A DNA stretch of 64,000 nucleotides from Zygnema circumcarinatum SAG 698-1b (taxonomy: Eukaryota; Plantae; Zygnematophyceae): positions 2,294,001 through 2,358,000 of the forward strand of contig CM074811.1 of assembly GCA_037447605.1 (NCBI GenBank). Reading direction: 5' to 3'. Below, piece after piece: positions 35,633 through 47,400 of this stretch. Under the pieces are notes generated by a model that had not been told where the DNA came from, made no database searches, and saw only the letters and a list, made by a program, of their open reading frames with translations. Positions within the stretch are counted from its first letter, which is position 1; each line of letters starts with the position of its first letter. The translations under genes were made by a program, and so were the position numbers.

Positions 35633-38600
35633 ATGAGCAGCAAGAGGGGGAACCCCCCCGTGCAGGGGTGCACGCTCACATGGTGCCAGGGTGCCGTGGC
35701 GACCACGGCTGTGAGGAGGGACGGGAAGAAGGTGACTCTGCCCCTGCAGCAGGGCTGGGCAGCTGTCGCAGTTCCGACAGGAAACTCGCTAACGCCGCTT
35801 CCAATAGACGTGCATCTCTATATCAGGGGAGGCCCTTGGATAGAACAGTTTGCAAGCAAGTTGGTAGGGGAGGTGGGAGGGAACAGGCACTTAAGTTCCA
35901 TCTATGTCAGCGGAAGCTTGAGGGAGCAAGGGGAGGCGGAGTATAGGGCGAGGCTAGAAGCGAAGGGGTGGACGTTGCCAGAAGGGTTTCAGTGCAGCGA
36001 ATGGGTGTTGTATCAGAGGCAAGGAGAGAGGATTATTATCAAGCTGTCATTCGCGAAAACGGCGGTGTTGGAGGGGCTTACTGTGTTCTTGGAGGCGAAA
36101 TTGACAGATAGGGATATTTGGTGGGCGCTGCCGGTGCTGGTAGATACAGGAGAGGAGCAAGTATTTGACAGAGCAGTGCCGTCTGGCATCTATTCTCCTG
36201 CAATTGAAGACCAGGAGATTGCCATCGGCATCGCTAATCGAGGTCCGGATAATGTAGCTGTTATGCCCTGCTTGGATGGACGGAACCTGCTCAAGGCGCC
36301 GTAAGTATCTGTATGGCATTCTTGCAGCCGCTTATTCTCACCTTCATGTGGATAATTCAAACAAACAAACATACTACTGGTTGATTCAATGTCCAGGATT
36401 AGGTCACAAAGTTAGACTTATGTGTATGTCAGATATAATAGTGGAGCAATCCAGGAACTGTCGGGCACCATAGCAAATGAATCCTGTTAACAATGGAAAG
36501 CTGTGAAAGGAACTGTTAGGTACTGATTTGCTGCCCATTACCAGGGCACAAGGTTAGATTTTAAGACATCATACACTATAGCATGAGCAACCAGGAACAC
36601 CGGGCGTTACGAATTAACGAAATTGGGGAAAATAAAGCTGTGAAGCGAATTAACTTCTCGATTCAAGCCAAGGACTTATCCTGCCTGTCTGAACGATTTA
36701 TAATACAAGAAAAGCTCGGCTGGAAACTTGATTGGATGCCTTTCTGCTCACAGTTCCTAGGAATAGGTGTAGTTTGTCGACGTAAACTGGTTTTGCGTCT
36801 ACTTTCATTATTACCAGGAAGCTTTTTTAGTGGATACTACCTCCCTAAACGTGGTTGCGACTCTCAAGAAAGGAGCAAATTCTCACTTCTTCTTTAACTT
36901 CTCTCAATGTTAACTTGCAAAGGAAGCACGGACGTGACAGCTAGAAGGAACTAGACGGGAGCTATGACTCGCATTTCACTCTTTACGTATCGTCCCTACA
37001 TAGAAGAGACAACGCTCAACGCTCATTGCATTGGGCATGCTCCTTCCACTTTGGAAAGTCAGTTTTTTGTCATCATGCAATTCGCATGGTCTTTTGGGCT
37101 TGAATAGTTACTTCGATGGTCTTTGGGCGTCGTAGGCTGACGACAATTTTAGGGCCCTTTTTTCCTGGAATCCAGATATTTTCTGTGGGCAGGTGATGCT
37201 CGGAAGAGAAACTGGGAGCAGGGAGGCCAGACCTATGTTTTGGTTCCAGGGCTGCAGACTGAACTCAACACAAACAAAAGGGGGAAGACATTCGTTACTT
37301 TTAAAACACTTAAATTCGTAAAGACGCAAAAAGTAGAAACTCAAGCTATGATACCTGATCGAGAACAAGGTTCCCTGAAAGTGAAAGTTTTTAAACCGAG
37401 GAGAATTGTATGGAAGTCGGATCCAGACCGAATGCTCGAGCAGATGGAACAGATGCGCAAGGAGGTTTTTGCGGCTTCTGCAGCAAAGAGCATTGGACCA
37501 CTGCGGCTTCGAGAAACCTCCAAAGTGAGTTTTACGCAATCTGTGAATTCTGGGTAAAAGGTTATCGCCGTGACATAGGAATGTAAGGGATGGAGCGAAG
37601 GTAGAAATCTGACTAAGGGAAAATTCAGGTTAGGCTTGGAGAAGACGTGGACTTTTACTAAGGGTGAAGGTCGTACTTTTGGAACGAGTGATGTTTAATC
37701 CATGCATTTGAATAGGATTGTATAGCTGTTTGCACTGGTCTTTCAGATATGCTTTTAGTGAGGAATCCAGAGTGGAAGCTAGCGTGCTTGGGTTGTCTGA
37801 CAGACTTTCTCGGTAGGACTTGGCATGCTGACGAGAGCTTAGCTTGCGTTTGAGTGTGGGCAGGACATTCAGCACTTTGATCTACATGTAACAACCTCAG
37901 CAGAGGAGGTAAAACAGACAATGAGCAGTCTGGAGATTAGTTCAGAGGTGCAATATCTTACAGGAGAAGTGGTAATAAATTATCGTTCACTTGGATGGTT
38001 TAGAGAAGCAGCGACAGTAAAGCATCGACTGCAAGAAGCTACATTACTTACTCCTTCACTCGGAACTTCTCCTTCAAATCCACTGCTCTCTATTCAGCAA
38101 TCGAAGGTGAGGCAGCCAACATTTGCGATGGTCCTCCGAAAGGGAAAGAATGACCTTATCGTTCCGAGTAAATGCGCATATTTTGGCAGAGATGTGTTTT
38201 ACTCTCTAGTCCCTGAACAGAACTATGCTTTTGTTTCTGCAGCCTCTCCCGATTGGAACTTCACCTGATTCCATCACTCCCATTCAGCTTCAGGAGGCTG
38301 ATTCTGCAAGCAGAAGTAGGCAGCCACAGGCAGTGAACTCCGGCGACATGTCGGTGAACCTCGAGTTGGAGAGGCAGCGTCTCGCACGAGTGAAGGCCAA
38401 GTCACCCGATCCTGAAGGCCGCTCATGTTCTCCATCTCCTCGCAGCCACAAATTGTTGCCTCCAACTCCAAAGACCGACTCTACACTCACTCTCCCTGCA
38501 GACGCTTATGGCCATCGCTACTCAGGGGGTCTTCAAACCTCCCCGAGTTTGACCAGCTCTCGTACGTCGAGGGATATTTCTCCGGCTCCAAGAAGAGGAC

Positions 38601-39423
38601 AGTCTGAGTCGAAATTGACAAGAGGTCGGCCCGCAAATACTGCACGGAGTCTGTCTTTTCCTCGCGAAAATTCTCCTGGGCAGACTCAGGTGCAGCTTTC
38701 GGATAAGTCTCCACGGGTGAGAGATAAGTCTCCTCTCCCGTCCCCATTCCCAGTGCGAGACAAGTCTCCCGGGCTTTCATTTGCTCGACCACGGGACAAG
38801 TCGCCTGCGGCCTCTCGCCCCGCACCTGCGACTAATTGGAAGGGAACGAAAGAATGCGGGCCTCAACCCTCTGACAAATTCAGCCCCACCAAAAGCAAAG
38901 GAAAAGTGAGGGGAAAGGAGCCACTCTCAGCAGGAAAGCAAACGGAGGTACGTGTTACTGCTGCAGGTCATGACTGTACTGCACACAGTATAGTCGTTTC
39001 TTTCACTCACGTGACGCCACAGGACTGCCCAGTTGAGCCATGTGCAAATGGGTTCTGAACTTAGCTGTCAATCATCAGTTTCATGCTGATCTTTTCATTA
39101 CGGTTGTTTTGTTGGGGCGTGCTGAGCAGGTAGAGGGCACCACTGTATGGGTTATGCCTCGCATCCAAGGCCGAGCAGAAGTGTTGCAGAAGGACGAGAT
39201 TGTGGTGAAGGCAGCCCTCCGGAATGTGGCCAACCTGCGGCGGCAGGTGAAGGTGGACTTGTCGCCTCTGTTGGACGAGTGGTCGACTGCTGAACTTGTG
39301 GTGATAGCAGGAGACGCAATCCTGCCCCCAGAACTGCTGCTGGAGGAGCTGCCTGCCGGCATGGGGTCTGCCTCAAACCCCATCATCTTGGAAGCTCCCG
39401 ACAAGGTCAAAGTGATCGCATGA
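35633..39423 (+). CDS. Uncharacterised ~808-aa protein with six predicted exons: 35633-36300, 36582-36766, 37193-37524, 37864-38106, 38243-38947, 39130-39423
   Basis: Six separate ORF blocks join in frame through GT-AG junctions with matching phases (2,1,0,0,0; 2427 nt). The protein has a globular-looking N-terminal half, an S/P/R-rich linker with repeated DKSP and a short ordered C-terminus. The family was not recognised. Confidence 0.65.
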
Positions 39424-40631
39424 CGGAAGGGGAAAGGAAGGGGCAAGGAGGGAGCTGCTGCAACTACTACTACCTGTGAATAAGGGCTCTTCAAGGCATG
39501 AAGGGGGAGGATAAGCGGCTGACTGCATTTCGAGGCGAAGCTTGTAGAATTGCAATTTCAATGTAAGTAGCATGCGTAGCGGAAGCTACAGACCGTGTTG
39601 CATATAGCGCAATCATGGGGGAGTTGTTCCACAAAGCTAATCGAGGCGGAAGGTGAGGCAACATTCTTTAGGTGTGGACGAGGTTTTTTCTTTTTTCTTT
39701 TTATTTTATTGGTTTAGCACCGTGCAGGCTGTAGCTAGAGTTTGATTTGGCAGTATGGTGGCGTCAATGGGGACAAAGCGGTCTTGTTAGGGGGAGCGGT
39801 GCGGGGCGTATTGTCCGGAGCTTACTCCTCTGGCTCAACTGAGGCAGTTCAGGTTGGCGGACTCTTCCCCGACCCTCAACTTGGGCGGGAAGTGAAATTC
39901 GGGTGTTGGGCTGAGCCGAGGAGGGGAAGGCCAAATTCTTTCATGCTTCTGTGCGTCGAACGTTAAGGCTTGAAGTTCAATGTGTTTCTTGGTTTTGGGC
40001 AGTCGCTGTTTCAACGAGGTTCTGAATGTTCCTGTTTTCACAAGGGGGAACACTTTCAATTGCGCCTGCAATGTAGAACTGTGCAGCGTCTGGTATTGCA
40101 AACCTGGATAGAGACTGGTTTCCAGGTGTACAGTACTCCGACCAGCTTGCACTGCTGGTTAATGGCGAGAAACTGACAACCGTCTGCATGGTTGCCAACT
40201 GAGGCAGCCGCAACGACCTGCAACTAGGGTCGGCAATTTAGTCACAAATAGATAGTCTTCTATAAGACTTAATAAACTAAAGCACTCTCTCCGGAAGCCA
40301 TTGTGAAACGAAAAGTTTGCTGACCGGGGCCAGTGCCAAACTACATAATTCCTAATCGGAGCTAGATAGAAGTGGAACGATTCTATCCACTGCTAGTAAC
40401 TAACTAAATGTTGATTAAGAAAAGCTATGAAGATAAATGTGAGTAAAGTGTATGTGTACACGTTGGAGATTACAAACTTGTGTGACTGAGACTCACATAA
40501 AATTTCAAAACATAACCATGATTTCATGTCGCATGTTAGGGAGTCCTAGTGAGGGCCATACCGTACGCTCCCCTTGATATTTAATCCATGGCTAGCGCTC
40601 GCCAGCCTCGGTTGGTGTTCAACCTCATTCT

Positions 40632-41208
40632 ATCCTACGGCCTCGATCTCTTCGCTACGGCCAAGAAATCGAGAAAATCCAGATGCCAAGGTTCATTCCA
40701 TCCTACGGCAGAGGTTGAGACAATCCTACGGCCTCAGTCAACTCCATCTTACGGCCCTCGTTGACTTTATCTACGGCTACTATTCATTCCATCTTGCGGC
40801 TAAGGGTGAGAGAATCCGACGGGTGGATTTCTTCCCATCCTACGGCTGCGATTACGATAATCCTACGGCCATAGTGCATTCAATCTTAGGTCGTGATAAT
40901 CCAACGGCCATAGTATACAGTATTCAAACCACGGCTGCGATCGATGATCTTACAGCTGCAGCCCTAAATCCTACGGCTCACTTTAAGATTATCTTACGGC
41001 TGGAATTCATTCACGATCGACGGCCACGATTGATTCAATCGGACGGCTCTAACGCCGTCCATCCTACGGCTGACATGGAGAAAATCTGACGGCTCAGTTA
41101 TATTCAATCTTACGGCTAGGATTTATATATCGGACGTCCAAAATGAATTTAATCTGACGGCTGTCATTGATAAAATCCTACGGCTGAGATATAATAAATC
41201 GTGCGGCT
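40632..41208 (+). repeat. Array of about 22-24 same-strand ATC(C/T)(T/A/G)ACGGC motifs at irregular ~20-45 bp spacing
   Basis: atcctacggc, atcttacggc, atccaacggc and atctgacggc recur throughout; counted by eye. Confidence 0.85.
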
Positions 41209-41655
41209 GAGGCTCAACGAATTGTTCATCAGCAGGGTGCTAATGACGTAAAAAAGTGCGCGAGGATGGCGTCATGCCCTAAACCGCAGGTTTTCGGCAA
41301 TCCCGGCCCCTGAAAGCCTGAGAGGAAAGCTCCGGAATGCAAACGAGTCGTCTCACAAAAGAAGAAAGGGAAAGAAAAAAGGACGATCTAATTAGAGAGA
41401 GGAGAGAGACGGTAGGATAAAGAAGAGAGAAAGGAGTCAGAAGAATAAGGGACAGGAGTCAAGAAGCTGCGATCGATCTGACAGGCAAGTCGTTTGAAGC
41501 GTGAGCTGCAGAATTGAAAGGGAGCGATCAGCGCACCCAAGCATGCGCTGACAGAACGTGTAGTTCTTACTCTTTCTGGGGCCTGCTTTTCATGCAGACT
41601 AAGATATCGAACTCTAAGATTTCTGCTTTTGTCACAGCGCCGGAAAAAAAAGGCA

Positions 41656-43751
41656 ATGACGACCATCAGACGTTTTACATGTTTCGATTTGTTCCGTTTC
41701 AATGCCGTCAACCTCGACTGGTACACAGAAACAGTAGGCGCTCCTGCTATTACTCTCTGCTATATCCGTTCGTTCCATACACTTGTCTGCGATAACATGC
41801 ACCCTCAGATAATTCTTGTGAATGAAACGCGATTTTTTTCAGAAGTTACGACACAGATGAAGCTTTCATGACACTGCATTCCATTTTGATGAAGCTTTCT
41901 CAAAACACTGCATTCCATTTGAAGAATTCGCACAGTTTTCATTAAAATGCACAATAATCTGCCCTCGTTATCGGGTCTTGAGAAGGCCTGAACCCGAGAA
42001 TTAGTTGCATTGCTGCTTGTTCAAATGCAGTGAATTTATAAAGGGATGGCATAGGCCTTGACAGACTGTTCGTATGAGTACTTTGTCGTCTCGACTTTGA
42101 CTTGACTTTGATGTTGAACTTCAGAGTGAGGACCTTGTCTCCCTCCAAAATTCTTATGTGGAAGTGCTTGTGGGCATGGGCCACTCTGCAGTACAACTTG
42201 ACTTTTTACCTCAGTTACCTCGCTCGATGGTCTGAGTACTTTCTTGCTGCCGAGGGTCCTGGAGGAAAGATGATGGGCTACAGTACTCACGCTCCCTTCC
42301 CACTCCCTTCCCCTTTAAACCTTCTTAAGTCTCCTTAATGTGAAGCTCTTGCAATAATCACTTTTTGGAGAAGAAAGGATAGCCTAGTGCAGGGTGGAGG
42401 GGTGCGGAAACGGTTGAAAGCATTGCTTCTTTAGAAAGTTCGGGAGCAAGCAATTTTAGGTCTTTAAGTGCAGCAGAGAGTTAGGAGTCGGAATGGCGCT
42501 TGTGTCTATGCAATTGTTGGAAAGTATAAAGGACTATAAGACTTGACCAAAAGGGGAGTTTCATGATTCAGATGATGATGATTTGCCTGCATGTGGAAGC
42601 TGGCTAAGTCCGCATGACCAATGTACTTGCTTATCCTATGTTGGCGTTCTATGTAAGCTGTTGTTAGCTTCGTAACCAAGAGAGTCATGGAGAACAGCAC
42701 TGTGGTGCATGGAGGCCGTTGCCTGCAGTTATGGGGAAGGTGGAGGGGGAGGGAGAGCTCTGGCACGGCCACGTGACAGCTGTCACGGTGGCGCCCGAGT
42801 ATCGTCGACAGCAGCTAGCTGCAAAGTTGATGGATATATTGGAGGAGATCTCAGAGAAGACGTGAGTTTCTGGAAATTGGAGATATGATCACTAGAGTCT
42901 CGCCCCCCCCTCTCTGCCAGAAGTTGGTGCTCAACTTTTTCGAGGAGCTCTGAAATCATGGATGGGCTGGATTTGCAACGCAGATACGATGCATATTTCG
43001 TGGATCTCTTTGTCCGGGTGTCGAATCTGGCTGCCATCAACATGTATAAGAAGGTGAGTACAATTCCTTTTTCTCCTGTTTGCGGAAGGGATTGATACTT
43101 CTGTGTCATCTGATGCTTTAAGGCACATTCTCTTCTGAAACTGTATCATACAGCAGTTCAGAAGCCTCTTCCTTTTGCTTGTTCTTGGCAGACACCCACA
43201 TGCTATTGTAGGGTATAAGTGTGAACTCTTGCATGAATCCATAGAATAAGAGAATGAAGAGTATGAGATAACCTCTCAGGGTTGGCCCCGGCGAAATGCC
43301 TTGCCGAAGACTGACACTGTGACCCTTGGCTGCTGCAGTTCGGGTACGCCGTGTATCGAAGAGTGCTGAACTACTACTCCGGTGAAGAAGATGCCTTTGG
43401 TATGAGCTCCTGCATGTGCTCCTCCTTCCTTTGTTTCGTGCCTAAGTTCATCGCTGGGTCTGGTGTACTTCTGGTGATTCATTGGTCTGTCAGGTGGCGT
43501 AGTGGGGAGTTTATAAACGTAGAATTAAAAATCGACTATTCATGCGGTCTCCACCTGCAGGAGACTCGTCTCCTGATTTCTTCCTTGCACGGCTCTTTGG
43601 TTTGCTGCTGTGCAAACGCTCACAATCTCTGACTGGCTGCTTGTTGGGGCTCCATGCAGACATGCGGAAAGCCATGCCTCGAGATAAGCACAAAAAGTCG
43701 ATGGTGCCTCTAGGTCGGCCAGTCACACCGGAGGAGCTTGAGCACGACTAG
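41656..43751 (+). CDS. NAA20: N-alpha-acetyltransferase 20 (NatB catalytic subunit), 174 aa. Exons: 41656-41733, 42192-42282, 42729-42861, 42984-43053, 43339-43399, 43660-43751
   Basis: MTTIRRFTCFDLFRFNAVNLDWYTET|YNLTFYLSYLARW...WHGHVTAVTVAPEYRRQQLA...AYFVDLFVRVSN...YRRVLNYYSGEEDAFDMRKAMPRD...TPEELEHD; 525 nt in frame. Confidence 0.95.
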
Positions 43752-44467
43752 GTGACAGGCAGCAGCACATGATTAGTCCGCGATCTATCACCAATCTCAT
43801 GTTGGAAAATGTACTGTCAGTCGATGCAGCAATTAAGGTCACACCTGATCTCTAATTCGTCCTGTCGTGTGGCTTTGAGGGGCGTTGTGCTTTCTAATGT
43901 GATGGGTCTCACTGGTGGAATCATTAAATGCTGGAATTTACACGGGGGCTTCAATCTTAGCATTCGCATTAAGAAATGCAATCAAAATGCGTACTTACGC
44001 AGCGGATCTTCTGCGCCAAAGAACACTGGTTTCGATTTTGGTTTCTACACATCTTCTCATTGTGGGAAGCGGTTCCGTGTGTGTGCGTTATTGTCTTGAA
44101 TGGTCTGTACTGCTCGGCCATGCGAGCTGACGCTTTAATGTTGTAGCTATTCGTTGCACTTAATATGACCGTTACTAATGACAGAAACACACACCTGACG
44201 TTTGTGTGTAGACGTACTATTCACAAGCATGAACGCATGAATACTCGTATGTACTATGTACATACCTCAAACCATGTCGCCATACAGTGGTGTCCCAGCA
44301 TGGACAGAAAGGCCGTCTTTGTGAAAGACAACATTCGTCAAGTTTTGGACACAAAACAAGGACGCTGCGCTATGCGGGGTGTGTGTCGCCAGAGGGGTAG
44401 AGGCAGCCCAGCCATGGCTGCCGGCCCTTCAGGGACTCCTCCACACGTGGCGTTCAGTGGGGACCGC

Positions 44468-47400
44468 TCAAAGGCTGGAGAGCAGCTCCTTGCCATGTCT
44501 CCTCACCTTCTCCACAACAACCTCCACATCCGCCATTCTCTCCTCCATGAACTTCTGCAACCCCTCCTTGATTGCAGCCTTCCTCTCTTCAACAGACATT
44601 GATTCCTTCACCGCCTCCGCATCCTCGCCAGCTTCAGCTTGAGCATCCGCGCCATTCCCGGACCACTTCTTTGCCTTGGTCATGAAAAACATCATCATGT
44701 CGTTATGCACAAAGTCGATGTCAATGATCCGTTTATGTTTCACAAGCTCTTCATCCTTCTTTCCTCCAAATTCTTCACTGTATAATCTCTGCTGGACCAG
44801 CATCCGCCATAGCCTCCGTTGGGTCTCTCCTTTAGGCCCCTCCGGAATAAGCAGCAGCAGCAGCAATTCCCAGCATCTCAGTGCCTGCTTTTTGCTCATC
44901 TTCAGTTCCGCCCTCATGCTCTCTATCAACTCCTTTGGAATGCTTCCCCACTTGCTTCCTCCAACCCCGATCGTTTCGGCCCCATATCCATCTCCAGGTT
45001 TCTCTTTTCCGATTGAAGCGTCGTCCTCCCTTTCTTCTCTCACCTCCCCTCCTGCACTCCTGACTTTAATGTCAACCGTTCTTTCATCTCCCGCCAATGC
45101 CTTCTCCTCTTCTCCATGCCCACCATTCAAACAAGCCCCTCCACCCACAGTCTCCTGTCTAACATCAAAAGAGTTGCCATTTGCAAGTGGTTTCTTTGCC
45201 TGTCCAGTCTGGAAACCTCCGCTCCCTGCAACTGCTGCCTTTGCAGCTGCAACTGCAGGAGGAAATTCTAGCAATCGCAAGACATCGACAGTCTCCCTCA
45301 AGCGTTGAAGTTCATCCGAGGGGTCCTCCACAGTCACATCGTAGCATTGCCTTTGCATGGCGGCTATGTTCACAGCTTGAAGCATGCGAAGGCCGTGGCC
45401 TTTACCCTGATAGGGTGGCAGCACCACCATCTGCATCGACGGGTCAAACATGTCATCCAGTTCTCAGACAATTCTAAGCCACTGACAAGGTTTCCCTGAG
45501 CAATCTACACAAGAAGCGTAAAACGCAAACTATGCTATTTGGACAAATATCGAGATCATTCGTTCATAAGATTCGAGCCACACAAAAATTCACTGACTCA
45601 GATTGGATCAGTTTTGGAGTGAACAGTAAATAAAAGGGGAATGGCTGGCAGAAAGAATTATGGCGTGTCACAATTTTAAAAGTAGTTACCTGGCTGATGC
45701 GAAGCCTTGTGCTTTCTGGATGATGATAGAATCGGTACACGAGGCAGAAGCCTGCAACTACTGATTCGACCAATTTTCCATCTCGTTTCTCACACACAAC
45801 ATATAGCTCCCAAAGGGGGTCTTCGCTATCGATTGGCTGGCCATCTGTTAGTCAAAAAAGTTGTGAATGTTCGGGACAGACATGAAAACAACGTACAGAC
45901 TGACAGACATAGAATCAGGGGGAGTAACTGTCTCAAAGCAGATTGCAAACAGTTTGCACTAGAAGCTTGGCATATGGCAGTGAATGACAATAGTTTTCTC
46001 AGCATCTTATCCACCAATATTCAATATGCTCCTTTACAGCTATTGTTTCTATCAAGAATCAGGGGTGAGGTTACCCACTATCAATGAAGAAGGGCACAAA
46101 AGGCTGCAATCGAGCATGCCAGTCTCGAATGGCTGCATCCGTAAGCTCCATACAGATGAGCTGGAAGACGGGCAGAAAAAACAAACTCGATATTGGAACT
46201 CGGTTGTATAACTTTTGCAGAATCACAGCTGCCTACCAATGCCTGTGTCTGAGGCTTTGCTCTAACCTCTGAAGTTTGGATGTTCAGATTGACAGGTCCT
46301 GAATGCATGCGTCAGGACATACTGAAGCACGTGTACACTTCCAAAAAAAAAGCCATAAGGCAAATAAGCCATAAAGCATATTGCTCCATGCAATCCCCAT
46401 CTATCTATCAGTGAAGTCAGTGCGAGCTCCCATGACTGCACCTCACACTGAGCGGCTGCTGCAGGTGTGGCATTCCCTCCACTGCCTGTACTTCCTCTCT
46501 GTCTACCATCTGTTTTCCATGTGTCAACGATTTGGCCTTTGTCGTGTAAAAGATGTCTGCATGAGACAGACAGTTGCATACGTGAACAACGCTTTCGTAC
46601 AAGAATATGCGACTCATTGCCTCACAACGTTTTGTCAGCTGCGAGTCTCTGCCTTAGTGGGTTAGCTGCAGGCTTCTGTTTCCCTAAACAAACTGCTTGC
46701 TTCTGCTGGAAATGGAGAGAAGAAAGAAACAACTTTGTGACTAATTCTCTGGTTACTCTCGACCTCCACTGACTTGAGGCAGCTCTAATTCAAAAACGAT
46801 GGACAGTGGATACCGCCCATCTGCAATGTAAATGGCAATTGACTCCTGTTGGATTCCAATGGTGATGTTCGTACGAGCAATAACAAATCAAAATGCTACA
46901 CACTGTTCATCTTCCCATCAACCCTCTTTCAAACTAACATGACGAAACAGTCATCGAGTCCTAAGGTCGCCCAAGGGAAAAAGTTTGCATGGTTGGGTTT
47001 CTGCCCGGCCTGCAATGCATGGTTTGTTTTCCTGATGTTGCTTCGCCTGCCCCACTCTCACATGCTTACTATAAACGTTTTGTGAGTGGCAGCCACCATA
47101 CATGAGGTCAATTGCGCCACCGCCCGCTTCGACTTGCCGAACAAATTCTGCCTTGCTCGTTGTAAAGCCCGCTGGGAAATGCTCCTGCGGAAAGTCCAAC
47201 AATAGAACTTCATACAACTGTAAAGACCCGTTTTAGGCAATTTAAAATCGAAGTTCTTCATTCGAGAAGTATTGGCAATTGAAATCGGCATACCATCGTC
47301 ATCATCAACAGCAGCAGCATGCCGTCATTGCTACTGCAATATCTTAACAAAGTTGTCAGCGACCAATACTGCTTGTTGTCAAGTATTAACATTCAATATG

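Noticed and set aside
35633-39423. Possible retrotransposon gag/ORF1
   Set aside because: It has five phase-consistent spliceosomal introns, and no CCHC knuckle, RT, integrase, LTR or poly(A) tail was seen.
40574-41089. 171-aa ORF with NPTA/ILR repeats
   Set aside because: It is a by-product of the ATCYTACGGC motif array, with no splice or homology support.
40632-41208. Repeat-spacer pattern reminiscent of a CRISPR array
   Set aside because: The repeat is only ~10 bp and degenerate, spacing is irregular, there are no cas genes, and the context is eukaryotic.
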